In this document: positions 34,716 through 44,997 of the stretch, in pieces
Position numbering within the stretch: the stretch's first letter is position 1
Layout of the letters: every line of letters begins with the position of its first letter
NCBI GenBank assembly: GCA_019454875.1
Contig: JACFNL010000001.1
Coordinates: forward strand, 7,511 to 71,510
Direction: 5' to 3'
Length of the DNA stretch: 64,000 bases
Source of the DNA: Candidatus Cloacimonadota bacterium
Lineage (GTDB): Bacteria > Muiribacteriota > UBA6191
The notes under the pieces: model-generated
What the model saw: only the letters and a program-made list of their open reading frames with translations
What the model was told of the DNA's origin: nothing
Databases searched by the model: none
Position numbers and translations under genes: made by a program

Positions 34716-37409
34716 ATGCCAAAACTGATGATTATCGATTCACATGCCATTTTGTTCAAGGCCCATTTTGCCTTTGGTTCCCGCCCCTTGAAAAACTCAA
34801 AAGGCATGACGACCTCGGCCCTGTTTGGCTTTTTGAAAGTGTTTTTCCAGCTCCTAAAAAAATACAATCCTGAATACCTTTGTTTTGCTTTTGACACAAG
34901 CAGACAAACATTCAGAAAGGAAATGTATTCGGAATACAAGGCACATCGCTTGGAAACCCCCCAGGAGTTGATTGAACAGTTTCCCTATGCCCATAAACTG
35001 GCTTCTGCCCTGAATGCCCAGATATTGGCCCTACCCGGCTTTGAGGCCGACGATATTTTAGGTTCTTTGTCCTTGCAGGCTGTTCAGGAAAATCCTGAAA
35101 TTGAAGTTCTTTTAATCACTGGGGATAGAGATTCTTTTCAGCTCATTCAGGATAGAATCAAGGTTGGCTACACTTCCTCCAAATCCCCATCGGGAATTGA
35201 AGAATATGATCTACAGAAGGTAAGCGAAAAATACGAAGGGCTTACCCCAGATGATTTAATAACCTTAAAAGGATTGATGGGTGATACCTCCGATAATATC
35301 CCGGGGATTTCTGGAGTAGGAGAAAAGACCGCCCTTAAACTGGTGCAGGAATTCAAAACCCTGGAAAACCTGTATGAAAATACCCATAACCTGAAAGGCA
35401 AACTCAAAGAGCGGGTGGAGTCCTCAAAAGATATGGCCTTTTTGAGCCGGGAACTTGCCCGTATCAAACGGGATCTGGATCTTGGGATTACTCTTGATGA
35501 TTTGAAGTTTGAACTGAGTTCAAGCCAGGAACTTGAAGATTTGCTCAACGAGCTTGAGTTTTCCTCCCTTAAAAAGGAAGTCCCAAACCTGAAACCTACT
35601 ATTGTTAACAGGGAAAAACACTACCGTCTGATCCTGACTGAAGAGGAACTGGATGAATTGCAGTTTATCCTCAAGGGACAAAAAACTATTGCCTTTGATA
35701 CGGAAACCACAGGACTTGACCCGATTCATTCACAACTCATAGGTATTTCTTTATCCTGGAAAGAGGATCATGCTGCCTATATCCCCATAGCTCATCGTTA
35801 CCTGCAATGTCCTAGGCAGTTAAGCATTGCGACCATCCAAAAATCTCTAAACCCGCTGTTTTCCAGTCAGGACATTCTTTGGGTGGCTCATAACCTCAAA
35901 TTTGATCTTTCCATTTTAAGTAACAACGGGTTTGTCATGCCCCCATCAGTGGCAGATACCCTTTTGATGGCCCATCTGATTCTGCCTTTGGAAAAACTGT
36001 CCTTAAAAGAACTGGCCGTGACCCAGCTTCAGGAGGAAAGGCCCCATTTTGAAGATGTAGTTGATAAAGGAGAGAATTTTTCTGTGGTGAGACTGGACAA
36101 GGCATTGGAATATGCCGCAGCTGATGCTGACAACACCTTTTGTCTTTATCAGAAACTAAGTCCAGAGCTAAATAAGGATACGGGCATTCAAAGCCTGCTT
36201 AACGATATTGAAATGCCACTGATGCCCATTCTTCTTGCCATGGAAAACCAGGGCATTCAAATTGATCCTGAACAGTTTTTTGAATTGAACAGGGAAATGG
36301 AAATGGAAGCCCAGACAGTTGCCAAAAAAATACTTCAGGAAGCTGGGGAAGATATTAATCTTAACTCGACTCAGCAGCTTGCCAAGGTTCTGTTTGAGAA
36401 ACTCAATATACCTCACGGAAAAAAAACTAAATCGGGATACTCCACTGCCAATGATGTGCTGGAGGAACTGGCACCACATTACCCAATCTGTGCCTGGATT
36501 CTGGAGCACAGACACCTACAAAAACTTTTATCCACCTACACTATCCCCCTGCCCAAACAGGCGGATAAAAATCATAGAATCCATACAACCTACTCCCAGA
36601 CCATTGCCATAACAGGAAGATTGTCCTCCAATCATCCCAATCTTCAGAACATACCCGTACGAACCAAATGGGGTAACCGAATCCGCCGCTGTTTTGTTGC
36701 GGCCCCAGGCTCAGTATTTGTCAGTATTGACTATTCCCAGATCGAGCTAAGGGTCATGGCTCATATGGCCCAGGATGAAGCCATGATTGAAGCCTTTCAA
36801 TCTGGCCGAGACATTCACCGCGAAACCGCCGCAAAGATCTTTCGCAAAACACTTGATGATGTCACTAAAGAAGAAAGAGAATCGGCCAAAGCGATTAACT
36901 TTGGCATCATTTACGGTATTAGTCCCTTTGGACTATCACGGCAGTTAGGCATCAATCCTAAAATGGCTGAAGGATTTATCCACACCTATTTCTCCATCTA
37001 CTCTGGAATTAAAAAGTTTATGGACGAAACCTCGGAGATGGTACTTAAAACCGGTGAAATCAGGACCATGTACGGTAGACTAAGACCCATCCCGGAAGCC
37101 TTATCCAAAAACAAAAACTTTCAGGAGGCCGGGAAGCGGGTGGCAATCAACACCAGAATCCAGGGGAGCGCAGCCGAGATCCTGAAACGGGCCATGATTC
37201 AGATCGATAAATTTATAAAAAAATCTGACTGCAAAATTCAAATGCTCTTGCAGGTTCATGACGAGCTGATTTTTGAAGTCGCTTCTGATGAAGTTCACCA
37301 TATGTCAGCAATCAAAAATTTGATGGAAGGTATTGAAAAACTTTCTGTTCCCCTGATTTGTGATATGGAAAAAGGCAAAAGCTGGGGTGAACTGGAGGCC
37401 TTTTTGTGA
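34716..37409 (+). CDS. polA: DNA polymerase I
   Basis: Full-length Pol I: 5'-3' exonuclease N-terminus, 3'-5' exonuclease (AFDTETTGLDP), and polymerase motifs (DYSQIELR, RRxAKxxNFGxxYG, QVHDEL). AGGAAA precedes the ATG. Confidence 0.95.
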   Translation: MPKLMIIDSHAILFKAHFAFGSRPLKNSKGMTTSALFGFLKVFFQLLKKYNPEYLCFAFDTSRQTFRKEMYSEYKAHRLETPQELIEQFPYAHKLASALNAQILALPGFEADDILGSLSLQAVQENPEIEVLLITGDRDSFQLIQDRIKVGYTSSKSPSGIEEYDLQKVSEKYEGLTPDDLITLKGLMGDTSDNIPGISGVGEKTALKLVQEFKTLENLYENTHNLKGKLKERVESSKDMAFLSRELARIKRDLDLGITLDDLKFELSSSQELEDLLNELEFSSLKKEVPNLKPTIVNREKHYRLILTEEELDELQFILKGQKTIAFDTETTGLDPIHSQLIGISLSWKEDHAAYIPIAHRYLQCPRQLSIATIQKSLNPLFSSQDILWVAHNLKFDLSILSNNGFVMPPSVADTLLMAHLILPLEKLSLKELAVTQLQEERPHFEDVVDKGENFSVVRLDKALEYAAADADNTFCLYQKLSPELNKDTGIQSLLNDIEMPLMPILLAMENQGIQIDPEQFFELNREMEMEAQTVAKKILQEAGEDINLNSTQQLAKVLFEKLNIPHGKKTKSGYSTANDVLEELAPHYPICAWILEHRHLQKLLSTYTIPLPKQADKNHRIHTTYSQTIAITGRLSSNHPNLQNIPVRTKWGNRIRRCFVAAPGSVFVSIDYSQIELRVMAHMAQDEAMIEAFQSGRDIHRETAAKIFRKTLDDVTKEERESAKAINFGIIYGISPFGLSRQLGINPKMAEGFIHTYFSIYSGIKKFMDETSEMVLKTGEIRTMYGRLRPIPEALSKNKNFQEAGKRVAINTRIQGSAAEILKRAMIQIDKFIKKSDCKIQMLLQVHDELIFEVASDEVHHMSAIKNLMEGIEKLSVPLICDMEKGKSWGELEAFL

Positions 37410-37870
37410 CATCGGTTTATTTAAACAGTGCAAAAGAAACTAAAGATCTTGGACAGAAAATCGGAGCCATTCTGCCTAAAGGCAGCCTGATTCTTTTATC
37501 TGGCGCAATGGGTGCGGGTAAATCCACCCTATGTCAGGGTATTGCCCAGGGACTTGGTCATACAATGCAAATTTCCTCCCCTTCTTTTACTCTTTTGAAC
37601 ACCTATGAACAAAAGGAGGCCAGAGCAGTCCTGAATCATCTTGACTTTTATAACATAGAAAACTTAGAACATTTGGAGAGAATTGGAATATACGATGTGC
37701 TTGAGGCCGAAGATACTGTGTGTCTGATAGAATGGTGGGAAAAATTCCCCGAGGTAACTCAGGGACTACCGGCCTTAAGACTGTTACTCAGTTTATGTGG
37801 TGAGGGTCGTCGTCTGGAATGGGTTGATGAGTTAAACCTGGGTCAGGATATTTTTGCGGAGAGGATTTGA
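37406..37870 (+). CDS. tsaE: tRNA threonylcarbamoyladenosine biosynthesis protein TsaE
   Basis: P-loop LSGAMGAGKSTL and the TsaE/YjeE family length. The GTG start overlaps the polA TGA stop (GTGA). Confidence 0.85.
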   Translation: MTSVYLNSAKETKDLGQKIGAILPKGSLILLSGAMGAGKSTLCQGIAQGLGHTMQISSPSFTLLNTYEQKEARAVLNHLDFYNIENLEHLERIGIYDVLEAEDTVCLIEWWEKFPEVTQGLPALRLLLSLCGEGRRLEWVDELNLGQDIFAERI

Positions 37871-37872
37871 GC

Positions 37873-39600
37873 ATGTCAGATAAACCTAAATTGGGTCAGA
37901 TTCTGGTGAAATCCGGGGCGATCAGCCTCAAGGATTTGGAATCATTTCTGAAAAATCAGGAAGAACTCAAGGACGAAAGAGGCTACCAGACCAAACTGGG
38001 GGATTTGTTATTAGAAAACAAGCTTGTCACTGAATCCACCCTTGCTATGGCGTTTGCCGAGCAGCAGGGAGTCAAATTCACCGATCTTAGTCGCTACAGC
38101 CCCGATCTGGGGGTTCTGGAAAAAATTCCGTTTTCAATATTGAGCCGCTTCAAGTTTGTACCCCTTTATCTGGATTCTCAGAAGTTAGTGGTTGCCTTGC
38201 ATGATCCTGTGGATACCTTTTTGCTGGATCTTCTCTACAAGGCATTAGGTGTAACCATAGAGCTTCAATCAGCCACCAGATCCCATGTGGAAAATGCCCA
38301 CCGTTCCTGTGTGGACTCCGTTAAAAAGGCCGGTAAGGAAAACCACAATTTTGATATCAATTTTGAGGAGTACCGTCTGATTCTGGAGCAGGAAAAAGAT
38401 GTAAAGCAGGAGATTGAAAAACCGGAAGTAAGCCTGAAAAACAGTCTTAACGAATACAGTCTGGAAATCATTCTCAAGCAGTTTATCAAGGATCAAAGAC
38501 ACTTCGGACTAAAGTTTTCCCCCAATCATCACGAGGTTGTGATAAGTGGCCGCATTCGTGGAGGCTGGGAGTATTATGGCTGTCTGAGCCTGGAAAAATT
38601 TCAGGCCTTCTGGATTAAGGTGAAAAACCTCTGTCAGGTATCAGAGGAAGATACGGCCTACATTTCTCAGGCCTGGTTTGAGTTGCCAATTCGTGAGGGA
38701 GAATCCCATACCTTTCAAGTCACATTCCTCCCTGGACGGAACGGACTGGAACTGTTGCTGGAACCCTATTCTCTGGATAGGCGAAGTTTGTCACTGGAGC
38801 GGGTCGGCCTTTTAGAAACCGATGTAATGCGAATTGCGAATTTTGGATCGGATCCACGAGGAGTTCTGGTTCTTGGTGGCCCACAGTCGGGAAAATCTAC
38901 CACACTTCTGGCATTGATGAATCAAAACCGCCATGCCTCACACCATCAGCTTCTGTTTGAAGAAAGAACCTCATTTACGGTTGCCAATCGTTCGCAAATT
39001 CATCTGGATGAACATCAGTCCCAGTTGGATGGAATCGGTTTTGCCTCACAAAGCAGCATTGAGGTATTTGGAATTGACAGCCTAAGTCCGGAAAGATTTC
39101 ATAGTGTGTTAAGACAGACCAGTGGCAAGATTCTGTACGCCACCCAGAATGCCCATCCCATACTTCCATTTTTGTCACAGATGGAAAAACAGGGAGTTTC
39201 CCTTGGACATCTGTTTTCGCAATTCCGGCTAATTATTCATCAGAAACTGGTGCCTTCAATTTGTACCTGGTGCTCAAGCCTGACTCCCTACCCTGCCGAA
39301 CATATTGCCAAAATGGGACTGAAACCGGAAACATTAAAAAAGCCCCTGTTTTATTTGCCAGCTGGCTGTGATTATTGTGAAAACAAGGGTTATTCTGACT
39401 TTACCCTGATCTATGAAATTCTGCATGCAACCCCGCCAACAGTCAAACTTTTGACGGAAAATCCAATTTCCAATGAACTGGCTATGCATCTGATGAAGGC
39501 TGGAGGACTCAGTTCTCCAAACAATGTGGCACGGGATAAACTCTACAGGGGGCAGATTACTCTGGATACCTACGCAGCAATCCTGCAAAGGAAGCTCTAG
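37873..39600 (+). CDS. GspE/PilB/MshE-family protein with an N-terminal MshE-N (T2SSE_N) c-di-GMP-binding domain and a degenerate ATPase core
   Basis: ATG at 37873, preceded by GGAGAGGA; the ORF-track TTG is at 37867. There are two tandem MshEN 24-residue motifs: KLGQILVKSGAISLKDLESFLKNQ and KLGDLLLENKLVTESTLAMAFAEQQ. Walker A GGPQSGKSTT is intact. The Asp box (FGIDSLSPE) lacks the catalytic Glu, and the His-box (ATQNAHP) is not canonical. The C-terminal tetracysteine CxxC...CxxC is present. Confidence 0.8.
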   Translation: MSDKPKLGQILVKSGAISLKDLESFLKNQEELKDERGYQTKLGDLLLENKLVTESTLAMAFAEQQGVKFTDLSRYSPDLGVLEKIPFSILSRFKFVPLYLDSQKLVVALHDPVDTFLLDLLYKALGVTIELQSATRSHVENAHRSCVDSVKKAGKENHNFDINFEEYRLILEQEKDVKQEIEKPEVSLKNSLNEYSLEIILKQFIKDQRHFGLKFSPNHHEVVISGRIRGGWEYYGCLSLEKFQAFWIKVKNLCQVSEEDTAYISQAWFELPIREGESHTFQVTFLPGRNGLELLLEPYSLDRRSLSLERVGLLETDVMRIANFGSDPRGVLVLGGPQSGKSTTLLALMNQNRHASHHQLLFEERTSFTVANRSQIHLDEHQSQLDGIGFASQSSIEVFGIDSLSPERFHSVLRQTSGKILYATQNAHPILPFLSQMEKQGVSLGHLFSQFRLIIHQKLVPSICTWCSSLTPYPAEHIAKMGLKPETLKKPLFYLPAGCDYCENKGYSDFTLIYEILHATPPTVKLLTENPISNELAMHLMKAGGLSSPNNVARDKLYRGQITLDTYAAILQRKL

Positions 39601-39601
39601 G

Positions 39602-41263
39602 TTACATCAAATCCATGAGCCGAAGCATCAGATCTGCCACAAAATGCGGGGCTGATTTAGGCTTTTTGGTGTCCACAGGAAAAAGGCGGCATTGAGATTC
39701 CTTGCGGGCATCGTGCTGTAGCCATTCCATAAACGCGGCTGACTGAGCTTCATCTATGTGCTTTTTCTCCACAATCGGGCTAAGAAAAGCCTTTTCATAC
39801 AAGGATTCCAGATTCTGAGTCAAATCCTCATCATAAATTGCTTGGGCACTATGTTTGGCCTGAATCAGTCCCGTACGGATGAAATAAAACTCAATACCCT
39901 GATTGGAGCCCATGGAAGGAACAACCACCATAAGATCGGTTTCATGGCTGGAAGGCCCCAACTGATTCAAAGATTCCTCAAAATCCCTGATTAAAAATAC
40001 ACTTCGGTAATTGAGTCTTGGAGAAAACTGTTCTCTTGTTACCAAAATTTCTTCACCCATCCCAGCTAACTTCTGTTTCAAGTCCAGCTCATTAAAAAAT
40101 GGGCCATAGTACAATGCCGGTGCCTTGGGCTGACGATTGACCACAGCTACCAGACCCTTGTCATCAATCACTCTGACAAAATACTGATGAATGCCTGATG
40201 ATGACTTAACGCCCTTGTGCGAGGCGGCAGCTAACACTGCATCAAAATAAGTACTGAATTCATGTACTGTAAAGCTCTCCGCCTTGCGCCACACCAGCTT
40301 TAAGCGGCTGCCACGCATATCCGAATAGACAAGGGAAGACACCTCCTGGCGAAGATTCTTAAATGCCTGACAATAAAACGGTCGTTTATGCCTATCATAA
40401 AAAGCTATATATCCCGGTCCATCAGGCAAATCTTCGATTTGATCCGGAGTCATCAGTACCTTGGGAAAATAATCAGCCCTTGGCTTAATCATAAACTTGC
40501 GAATATCGCCTAGATGGGTAATCCCTGCATCAGAAAGGAGGGAAACAAAACGGATCAGAATTTTGGCTGTAGCCAAAGCATCATCCCAGGCTCTGTGTCT
40601 GTCTGCAATCTCATACCCAAAGTGCTCAGCCAGTACATCCAGTTTATGGGCCTTGGATTCAGGCACAAGTTCTCTTGACATTTTTAATGTACAGATTCCA
40701 GGATTAGGCAGTGCCTGTCCAAAAATCCTCTGCACCTCATAGGCCAAAAAATTTATATCAAACAGAGCATTGTGAGCTACAAGTACGGTTCCCTCACAAA
40801 ATTTCAAAAAATCACCAAGCACAGATTCAATAGAGGGAGCATGCCTTAAATCACTGTCACGAATTCCAGTCAGACGCACAACAAATTCCGGGATCTGACG
40901 ATTTGGCTGAATCAGAGTCTTAAATGACTCGGTAATCTCACCATTTTCTACCAGAACTGCCCCAAGTTCAATGGCTCGGTGTACCGGAGGTGTGCCCCCT
41001 GTTGTTTCAAAATCAAAAACACAGTAGCGAAGCTGATTTAATGGAGTGTTATCAAAATCCTGGGGAGCTAAAAACCAATGTCCGGGCCGAGATTCTATAA
41101 AGCGGATATCATCAGACAACAAGCGGCGAATATAACGCTCACTCCCATCGCCTACCTTCTCAGGGAAAAAAAAGTTGCACAACTCATCGGCACTGAAATC
41201 TCGTCCGTGATGACGAATTACTTCCCATATTTCATCGAGTTTTGATAGACCTGGTGCTTGCAA
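39602..41263 (-). CDS. DnaQ-like 3'-5' exonuclease (DEDDh) fused to a UvrC/Cho-like GIY-YIG domain
   Basis: Exo motifs VFDFETTG, HNALFDINFL and HRAWDDALAT. A GIY-YIG-like segment follows downstream: PGYIAFYDRHKRPFYCQAFKNLRQ. Non-ATG (TTG) start, and the N-terminal ~75 aa are uncharacterised. Convergent with the MshE-like gene; the two stops are 1 nt apart. Confidence 0.7.
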   Translation of the reverse strand: MQAPGLSKLDEIWEVIRHHGRDFSADELCNFFFPEKVGDGSERYIRRLLSDDIRFIESRPGHWFLAPQDFDNTPLNQLRYCVFDFETTGGTPPVHRAIELGAVLVENGEITESFKTLIQPNRQIPEFVVRLTGIRDSDLRHAPSIESVLGDFLKFCEGTVLVAHNALFDINFLAYEVQRIFGQALPNPGICTLKMSRELVPESKAHKLDVLAEHFGYEIADRHRAWDDALATAKILIRFVSLLSDAGITHLGDIRKFMIKPRADYFPKVLMTPDQIEDLPDGPGYIAFYDRHKRPFYCQAFKNLRQEVSSLVYSDMRGSRLKLVWRKAESFTVHEFSTYFDAVLAAASHKGVKSSSGIHQYFVRVIDDKGLVAVVNRQPKAPALYYGPFFNELDLKQKLAGMGEEILVTREQFSPRLNYRSVFLIRDFEESLNQLGPSSHETDLMVVVPSMGSNQGIEFYFIRTGLIQAKHSAQAIYDEDLTQNLESLYEKAFLSPIVEKKHIDEAQSAAFMEWLQHDARKESQCRLFPVDTKKPKSAPHFVADLMLRLMDLM

Positions 41264-41303
41264 AATGAGCCGATTTTTTCATGATGTGAATTACCTTAGT
41301 GAC

Positions 41304-41389
41304 ACGGAGACTATGGGATTTGAACCCATGGTAGGTTGCCCCACACACGATTAGCAATCGTGCGCCTTAAGCCGCTCGGCCAAGTCTCC
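41304..41389 (-). tRNA. tRNA-Ser (anticodon GCT)
   Basis: The reverse complement folds as a type-II tRNA: acceptor GGAGACT/AGTCTCC, anticodon stem CACGA/TCGTG with loop TTGCTAA, a long variable arm, and T-arm GGGTTCAAATCCC. No CCA is encoded. Confidence 0.85.
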
Positions 41390-41402
41390 ATGTGACTAAG
41401 TA

Positions 41403-41489
41403 CGGAAGATGTAGGATTCGAACCCACGGCAGGCTTTCACCCGCAACGGTTTTCAAGACCGCCTCCATAAACCACTCGGACAATCTTCC
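41403..41489 (-). tRNA. tRNA-Ser (anticodon TGA)
   Basis: The reverse complement folds as a type-II tRNA: acceptor GGAAGAT/ATCTTCC, anticodon loop CTTGAAA, a long variable arm, and T-loop TTCGAAT. No CCA is encoded. Confidence 0.85.
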
Positions 41490-41526
41490 TTACTTGCTCG
41501 CAGTATAACCAATGGCATACAAAATA

Positions 41527-42786
41527 TCAACCCTGCATCCTCTGAATTTGCGCGCCTAAATGTATGAGCTTCTGCTCGAGCCTTTCATAACCCCTGTCTA
41601 TATGATACACCCTTTGAATCTCAGAATTTCCTTTAGCAGACAAAGCCGCCAGAACCAGAGCAGCTCCGGCCCTCAAATCCCCGGCCATGACTGGAGCTCC
41701 AAGAAGCCTGGGAACCCCTGTTATCTGAGCCTGATGTCCATCAAGTATAATTTTAGCTCCCATTCGACAAAGCTCGGGAATGTGTAAAAAACGGTTCTCA
41801 TAAACCCCTTCGGAGATCACAGAAACACCTTCAGCCGTGGCCAGATACGACATCATGGGGGCCTGTAAATCTGTTGGAAATCCTGGGTGAGGCCTGGTGG
41901 CAATCTGCACCCCTCTTGGCCTCTCTACAGGCTCAACCAGAATCAGATCCTTTTGATTACGAATCACATTGCCACATTCTCTGAGCTTTTCAAGCAATGC
42001 CCCCAAATGCTCCAGCGGGGCCTGCTGAATCATCAGTGGACTTCTGGTGATACAGGAAAGTAAAATCAGGGTTCCAGCCTCAATTCTGTCAGGCATAACC
42101 CGATACGGAGAAGGGCGAAGTGACAAGACTCCATGTATCTCTACCCTGGCCGTCCCTGCTCCAGTTACCCTGGCCCCACAGGCATTCATAAAATTGGCCA
42201 GATCCACAATCTCCGGCTCTCTGGCCGCATTTTCAATCACGGTCACAGCACCATCAATCAGGGAAGCTGCCATCATGATATTTTCTGTAGCCCCGACACT
42301 AGGAAAATCCAGATGTACAATCCCACCCTTAAGTTTTCCTTCAGCAATAATATTGCCATGACCTATATCTACGGTTGCACCCATTTCTGAAAAAGCCTTC
42401 AAATGATAGTCTACCGGTCTAGGGCCAATAGAACAGCCTCCTGGCAAAGAGACCTCAGCCCTGCCAAACCTTGCCAGAAGTGGCCCCATCACCAGAAAAG
42501 ATGCCCTCATGGTTTTTACTAGTTCATAGGGTGCAACAACAGAATTTACCGTGGATGCATCCACAGTCATTATGTTCTGTTCTCTTAAAAACTCAACCTT
42601 GGCTCCCAGGGTTTCCAGAACCCGTTTCATGGTCCGAACATCCATCAGGTCAGGTACATTTTCAAGCCGGATCTGCCCCTCAACCAGAAGGGTTGCTGCC
42701 AAAATAGGCAAACAGGAGTTTTTAGAACCTGATACAGTCACTACTCCATTTAACGGTCTTCCACCTTCAATCAGAAACTTATCCAT
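41527..42786 (-). CDS. murA: UDP-N-acetylglucosamine 1-carboxyvinyltransferase
   Basis: Full-length MurA: MDKFLIEGGRPLNGVVTVSGSKNSCLPILAA. An active-site Cys-containing loop is present (LPGGCSIGPRPVD). Confidence 0.93.
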   Translation of the reverse strand: MDKFLIEGGRPLNGVVTVSGSKNSCLPILAATLLVEGQIRLENVPDLMDVRTMKRVLETLGAKVEFLREQNIMTVDASTVNSVVAPYELVKTMRASFLVMGPLLARFGRAEVSLPGGCSIGPRPVDYHLKAFSEMGATVDIGHGNIIAEGKLKGGIVHLDFPSVGATENIMMAASLIDGAVTVIENAAREPEIVDLANFMNACGARVTGAGTARVEIHGVLSLRPSPYRVMPDRIEAGTLILLSCITRSPLMIQQAPLEHLGALLEKLRECGNVIRNQKDLILVEPVERPRGVQIATRPHPGFPTDLQAPMMSYLATAEGVSVISEGVYENRFLHIPELCRMGAKIILDGHQAQITGVPRLLGAPVMAGDLRAGAALVLAALSAKGNSEIQRVYHIDRGYERLEQKLIHLGAQIQRMQG

Positions 42787-42827
42787 ACAAATTCCTCTTT
42801 AATACCTCAAAGTAACCAATCAAATGC

Positions 42828-43931
42828 CTATCCCACCGTAATATCAGACTGTGGCTTAGGAGATTCTTCAAAAGGATTTTTTCTGCGTTCATGCAACCCG
42901 TTGGGCGGGCCGGCCTGGGCCGCACGACGATCATCAACTAAGTGGCATTTGGCCCAGTGATTGGAACTGACCCACTTCATGGCAGGATCCATTTCCCGGC
43001 AAATTGGCAGAGCGTGAGGACAACGGGTAGAAAAATAACAACCAGGAGGAGGGTTGATTGGGGTTGGTACATCCCCTTTTAACAAAATTCGTTCACTTTT
43101 CTTTTTTGGATCGGGGCTGGGCAAGGCCGATAAAAGAGCCTGAGTATAAGGATGTTTGGGGTTTCTAAACAGCTCTTTGGAGTCTGCAACTTCCACCATC
43201 TGTCCTAGATACATTACCCCGATTTTGTCCGATATATGGCGAACTACAGATAAATCATGGGCAATAAACACATAAGAGAGCTGAAACTCATCTTTTAAAT
43301 CCATAAGAAGATTTAATACCTGGGCCTGCACGGACACATCCAGAGCGGATACAGCCTCATCACAAACAATAATTTTAGGATTGAGGGCAATGGCCCGGGC
43401 AATACCAATTCTTTGCCTCTGTCCCCCGGAAAACTCGTGGGGGTAACGATTCAGATAGGAAGAAGCCAGTCCAACCTTGTTCAAAAGTTCTCGAACCCGA
43501 TGGTTTTTTTCATCCTCATTGGACACCATTCCATGTACCATGAGGGCTTCACCAATCAGATCAGACACTGTTTTTCGTGGGTTTAAGGAAGAATACGGAT
43601 CCTGAAAAATAATCTGCATACCACGGCGAACCTGACGCATTTCTTCAGAGCTCAGCTTCAGGATGTCCCGGCCTTCAAAATAGACCTCTCCCGAGGTAGG
43701 CTCGATGAGACGAAGAAGACAGCGACCAGTCGTAGTCTTTCCACAGCCTGATTCACCAACCAGGCCCAAGGTTTCTCCTTCATTCAAGACAAAGGACACA
43801 TTATCCACGGCTTTCACATCGGCCACATGTTTGGAAAAAAGCCCTTTGAAAATAGGGAAGAATTTTTTGAGGTTTTTTACCTCAAGAATGGGTTTTGCCT
43901 GTTTGTTCACTGGCTTTGATTGGTCTTGCAT
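42828..43931 (-). CDS. Peptide ABC transporter ATP-binding protein (OppF/DppF-like), locus 2
   Basis: Walker [10 protein letters not shown], the LSGGQRQR signature, Walker [13 protein letters not shown], and the Opp C-terminal Cys/His-rich extension. Confidence 0.88.
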   Translation of the reverse strand: MQDQSKPVNKQAKPILEVKNLKKFFPIFKGLFSKHVADVKAVDNVSFVLNEGETLGLVGESGCGKTTTGRCLLRLIEPTSGEVYFEGRDILKLSSEEMRQVRRGMQIIFQDPYSSLNPRKTVSDLIGEALMVHGMVSNEDEKNHRVRELLNKVGLASSYLNRYPHEFSGGQRQRIGIARAIALNPKIIVCDEAVSALDVSVQAQVLNLLMDLKDEFQLSYVFIAHDLSVVRHISDKIGVMYLGQMVEVADSKELFRNPKHPYTQALLSALPSPDPKKKSERILLKGDVPTPINPPPGCYFSTRCPHALPICREMDPAMKWVSSNHWAKCHLVDDRRAAQAGPPNGLHERRKNPFEESPKPQSDITVG

Positions 43932-43941
43932 GGATATTCCT

Positions 43942-44997
43942 TCAGATTCTTAAAAGATCATCTAGCTTTTCGTTGCCGGTTGCCGGATCCTCCACATGAT
44001 GACAGGCTACCTTATGTCCGGAAACAACTTCTCTGAGTTCCGGCTCCTCTACAGTACAGCGGTTATCAGCCCTTGGACAACGATTGTGAAACTTGCACCC
44101 ACTAGGAAAATAAAGAGGATTAGGTACAAAACCGGGGATAGGAGTCAGGCGGGGCTTGTCATCATCCACCCTTGGAATCGATTCAAACAAACCGATTGTA
44201 TAAGGGTGCAAGGGTCTTTCAAACAGATCAAGGACCGTGGCCGTCTCAACAATCCTGGAACCATACATGACCACAACCCGATCACAAACCTCTGCCACTA
44301 CGGACAGATCATGGGTAATCAGAAGAATGGACATATCGCTCTGTTTCTGCAAATCCTGCATCAGTTCAAGAATCTGGGCCTGTATGGTTACATCCAGAGC
44401 CGTTGTGGGTTCGTCAGCAATTAACAGGGAGGGGTTGCAGGACAAGGCCATGGCAATCATAACTCTTTGTTTCATACCACCAGATAGCTGATGCGGATAC
44501 TCATCCACCCTGACCTCTGGAGATGGAATGCCAACCTTGCGCAGCATCTCAATGGCCAGAACCTTGGCCTCTTCCCAAGACTTACTGGTATGTTGCAAAA
44601 TAGCCTCCATGATCTGATCCCCAACCGTATACACAGGGTTTAAGGAAGTCATAGGCTCCTGAAAAATCATGGCAATTTCCCCGCCACGAATCTCACGCAT
44701 TCGCTTTTCAGTAACTCTGGCTAAATCCTCGCCACGAAACATAATTCTTCCATGTGCAATCCGCCCGGCTGGCTTGGGAATCAACCCAATCAGGGAGTGG
44801 GCTGTTACCGATTTGCCACAGCCGGACTCTCCCACCAGTCCCAGGGTTTCGCCCGGGTAAATTTCGTAGCTGACCTTGTTTACCGAAGGTACAACACCCT
44901 TGTCCGTGTGGAAATGTACACTTAACTGGTCAATCTGAATCAGGGGATCTTTACGGGATGGTTTCACTTGTTTTGACATGCTACTCCATTCAATCAA
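43942..44997 (-). CDS. Peptide ABC transporter ATP-binding protein (OppD/DppD-like), locus 2
   Basis: [29 protein letters not shown], and the C-terminal CxxC motif. Confidence 0.88.
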   Translation of the reverse strand: MIEWSSMSKQVKPSRKDPLIQIDQLSVHFHTDKGVVPSVNKVSYEIYPGETLGLVGESGCGKSVTAHSLIGLIPKPAGRIAHGRIMFRGEDLARVTEKRMREIRGGEIAMIFQEPMTSLNPVYTVGDQIMEAILQHTSKSWEEAKVLAIEMLRKVGIPSPEVRVDEYPHQLSGGMKQRVMIAMALSCNPSLLIADEPTTALDVTIQAQILELMQDLQKQSDMSILLITHDLSVVAEVCDRVVVMYGSRIVETATVLDLFERPLHPYTIGLFESIPRVDDDKPRLTPIPGFVPNPLYFPSGCKFHNRCPRADNRCTVEEPELREVVSGHKVACHHVEDPATGNEKLDDLLRI

